Source of the DNA: Tubiluchus corallicola
Taxonomy: Eukaryota > Animalia > Priapulida
Length of the DNA stretch: 64,000 nt
Reading direction: 5' to 3'
NCBI GenBank assembly: GCA_030141605.1
Contig: JAQGDQ010000020.1
Coordinates: forward strand, 1,054,001-1,118,000
Shown here: positions 62,701 to 64,000 of the stretch, piece by piece
Position numbering within the stretch: position 1 is the first letter of the stretch
Layout: each line of letters opens with the position of its first letter
Position numbers and translations under genes: made by a program
Notes under the pieces: model-generated
Database searches by the model: none
The model's input: only the letters and a program-made list of their open reading frames with translations
Told to the model about the DNA's origin: nothing

Positions 62701-64000
62701 GATGGCAACAAAGTTATGTTTTTTGTTTGCAAGACCGAGTGATTCAATTTATTATAAATCGCTATTGTGTTATACATTTTTATCTAAATAGATAAAGTAC
62801 CTAATCAAATTTAATGGCTAATTGATATTTTAGTGTGCACCTATTTTTTCTATAAATGAGTGCTAGCAAGCTGATTTACCTAGTTCACTTCACAGCCTTT
62901 ACTAATTGGTTTCAATTACTTTCTGTCAGTCTTCAACATAACTAATTTCATTAAGTGTCATATGTGCTTCCTAAAGTCCGTCAGCGAAATCCAGAAAACT
63001 GTTCTTGAGCTTTTCAGATGGTAACGAGCGAGACTGATTTGATATCATTGTCTGAACTTGTAAGGTCATTCAGATTGTAGTATTACACTAGCTTATCTAG
63101 CTTAGTGATATCTTTTACCTGGAGCCATTCAGATTAGGACTGTAGACCACCACCTCACTGATAAAGTTAAACTTGTGACATTTTTTCTATTTTGGTACGT
63201 GCGGCCATTTGCACACAGTATTATCCCAAAATAAACTTTAAAGAGAGACGGAGTATAAATGTTATTATAATGTACTCAACAGTGCAGACGTGTTTCAACA
63301 TATAATTGTGTCGCCATAGTTGTTATAGTTAGATGACTCCACTGATGATAACATGGTACCAGTTACTTGTTGAAACGTCTGCATATTTTAATGTATTTTA
63401 GTGCATTTTAATAATTTTTTTATGATCTTTTATACTTTGTCTTGCTTTGAAGTTTTGATTTAAGTTAGAAATCTCCAAAAAGGGCAATTATCCCAAAAAC
63501 ATCAAAAAATTTGTCTTGTCCTGACTAAGGCTATAAATGAGACTAGCGATGTTGAAATAAAACGACTTGAAAGAAACAACCTTTATTTATTATTTTAGAA
63601 TACTAAATACGTGTCAAACATTTCTGCTGTAGAATCTAGCAGTCATCTTCAGTGTGACTGAGCACACAAACAGCAACTAATTTTATAGGCAGAGCCTAGA
63701 GTACATGAAAAATCACTAAGACTTCATTGATTTGCAGGTAGCGATGGTAAGATGAACCGCGGCGATCAGAACACCTCTCCTGTGCCGTCAACGTTATCCC
63801 AGCAACAACATCAGCAACAGCAGTACATAAATGCAGCCACTGCACTGCCCCCTGGTTACCCTGGTTATTACTACACTGGTGGTTTGATGCCGAGTGGGTA
63901 CACTCAGTACGGGACGCCGCTGTTTCCTGCAAGTGCAGCCCTCGTGCCACCGGTGACGAACACGCACGGCGCTACCACCAACGCTCAATATCAGAAGCCT
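37936..64000 (+). CDS. UBAP2L: Ubiquitin-associated protein 2-like / lingerer, 19 coding exons, runs off the 3' end of the window
   Basis: ATQEQMRIAQMI, UBA-like VVELTGRSEDQAAVALHDCYGDPNRAVNTLLEG, WETSGKKKK, RGG tracts, EDWTGSLSESKVFTPS, DUF3697 SKIPQTAVEMPG..LDVQFGALEFG, GKVPANLPPGVP, YSYEDLQLLQ, ALPPGY. Presumed single invertebrate co-ortholog of UBAP2/UBAP2L. Confidence 0.95.
40439..40522 (+). CDS. UBAP2L: UBAP2L exon
   Basis: ATQEQMRIAQMITASDGDDTELQQKIKQ|gtaagt. Confidence 0.94.
42206..42316 (+). CDS. UBAP2L: UBAP2L exon (UBA-like)
   Basis: VVELTGRSEDQAAVALHDCYGDPNRAVNTLLEGDADK|gtaggt. Confidence 0.94.
43196..43392. repeat. 26-bp minisatellite, ~7.5 copies
   Basis: CTTAGCAACAGACCATGATTCAGTCT alternating with CTTAGCAACAGACCATGGTTCGGCCA. 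Confidence 0.93.
43450..43675 (+). CDS. UBAP2L: UBAP2L exon; alternative donor after 43666
   Basis: GQWETSGKKKKPKSQ..APRFARG(GKT); donors gtaaga at 43667 and gtgagt at 43676, same phase. Confidence 0.88.
44189..44854. mobile_element. Kolobok-like non-autonomous DNA transposon, copy 2
   Basis: ttac|AGCGCAAGAAAA ... TTTTCTTGTTCT|TTAA; shared blocks such as AGTAAAGTTTGAAAAAGTAATCAGAGCATT. Confidence 0.75.
44866..45179. mobile_element. hAT-like MITE with 5-bp TSD
   Basis: CTTGA|CGGGGTTCCCACAG ... CTATGGGAACCCTG|CTTGA; subterminal GGAAAA/CAGGGAA repeats. Confidence 0.8.
46888..46989 (+). CDS. UBAP2L: UBAP2L exon
   Basis: QAKENEFNERNEQRNFSDFSDRPERGRGRGSGR|gtaata. Confidence 0.9.
47504..47534 (+). 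CDS. UBAP2L: UBAP2L 31-nt microexon (RG-rich)
   Basis: long T tract, aag|GRGRSGGRI|gtgagt; required to connect phase 1 to phase 2. Confidence 0.85.
47671..47807 (+). CDS. UBAP2L: UBAP2L exon
   Basis: TWKGEDRRGGGGGRGGAAGAFSKPIDTWTN..TNV|gtaagt. Confidence 0.92.
48941..49008 (+). CDS. UBAP2L: UBAP2L exon
   Basis: NWSNDMANDIEDWGTEEDWTGS|gtaagt. Confidence 0.92.
49344..49414 (+). CDS. UBAP2L: UBAP2L exon
   Basis: LSESKVFTPSGTSNLPDNERLGK|gtatta. Confidence 0.9.
50214..50346 (+). CDS. UBAP2L: UBAP2L exon
   Basis: IDLDSILPMK..QFNTQVATETIKSAVG|gtaaca. Confidence 0.88.
50910..51128 (+). CDS. UBAP2L: UBAP2L exon
   Basis: LVNSTSSS..KAQKTRLPPPSK|gtatgt. Confidence 0.9.
51891..52042 (+). CDS. UBAP2L: UBAP2L exon (DUF3697)
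   Basis: IPQTAVEMPGNRKVDELDVQFGALEFGVD..|gtgagt. Confidence 0.95.
53426..53633 (+). CDS. UBAP2L: UBAP2L exon
   Basis: SVSAASMAQQLSKP..KDMSQQKQ|gttttt. Confidence 0.85.
53774..53873 (+). CDS. UBAP2L: UBAP2L exon
   Basis: MAPSGPDPILMPSQTKP..QPVE|gtgagt. Confidence 0.87.
53918..54521. mobile_element. Tigger-like MITE, 5'-truncated copy
   Basis: Shares TAAACGTTTTATGAGTTTTA..TTTCTACTGATTAATTTCTTTCTG; ends TTAAGCGAGGACTTACTG|TA. Confidence 0.75.
55592..56389 (+). CDS. UBAP2L: UBAP2L large S/Q/Y/G-rich exon
   Basis: 798-bp exon inside ORF 55453-56397; ccag| and |gtgagt boundaries; phase 1-1. Confidence 0.92.
57962..58059 (+). CDS. UBAP2L: UBAP2L exon
   Basis: KVPANLPPGVPATALLGGHQYIMSQAAGLPFY|gtgagt. 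Confidence 0.93.
58261..58341 (+). CDS. UBAP2L: UBAP2L exon
   Basis: GLQQPLYSYEDLQLLQQHHGRPTAAML|gtgagt. Confidence 0.92.
59685..59734. repeat. (AT)n microsatellite, ~25 units
   Basis: Directly visible. Confidence 0.97.
61837..61921 (+). CDS. UBAP2L: UBAP2L exon
   Basis: PGYYDMSSLQVPSTVTGRDGALTAAAFA|gtcagt. Confidence 0.92.
62065..62185 (+). repeat. Further copy of the tRNA-like repeat module
   Basis: AAGGTCCCTGTTTCAAATTCC..CTTTTTCACATTT matches 8355-8390. Confidence 0.5.
63738..64000 (+). CDS. UBAP2L: UBAP2L exon, truncated by the window end
   Basis: SDGKMNRGDQNTSPVPSTLSQ..ALPPGYPGYYYTGG..QYGTPLFP..QYQKP. Confidence 0.92.

Noticed and set aside
63929-63934. GC-AG donor (CCT|GCAAGT)
   Set aside because: The frame continues with UBAP2L-like sequence (VPPVTNTHG..QYQKP), so no intron is needed.

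Overview
AT-rich, intron-rich eukaryotic genomic DNA, most likely from a bilaterian invertebrate; the species cannot be determined from the sequence alone. Three spliced genes were reconstructed by hand with consistent exon phases. (1) The 3' 17 exons of importin-11 (IPO11, + strand, 1155-15996), including a U12-type AT-AC minor intron at 4998-5172. (2) A complete ANKLE1/LEM-3 gene (ankyrin + LEM + GIY-YIG nuclease, - strand, 10 coding exons, ~820-828 aa, 33091->21309), convergent with IPO11. (3) A UBAP2/UBAP2L (lingerer) gene (+ strand, divergent from ANKLE1, 19 coding exons from 37936 running off the window end). Introns carry many non-autonomous DNA transposons (Tc2/pogo, Tigger-like, Kolobok-like, hAT-like, Harbinger-like), a SINE family with a 5S/tRNA-like head, tRNA-Thr-like modules, LINE and Penelope fragments, and minisatellites. 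The most notable signal is a tight cluster of Pumilio-type UGUANAUA elements directly abutting the UBAP2L start codon. Most ORFs in the supplied track are spurious or are exon fragments. Family assignments rest on motif recognition, not database searches.
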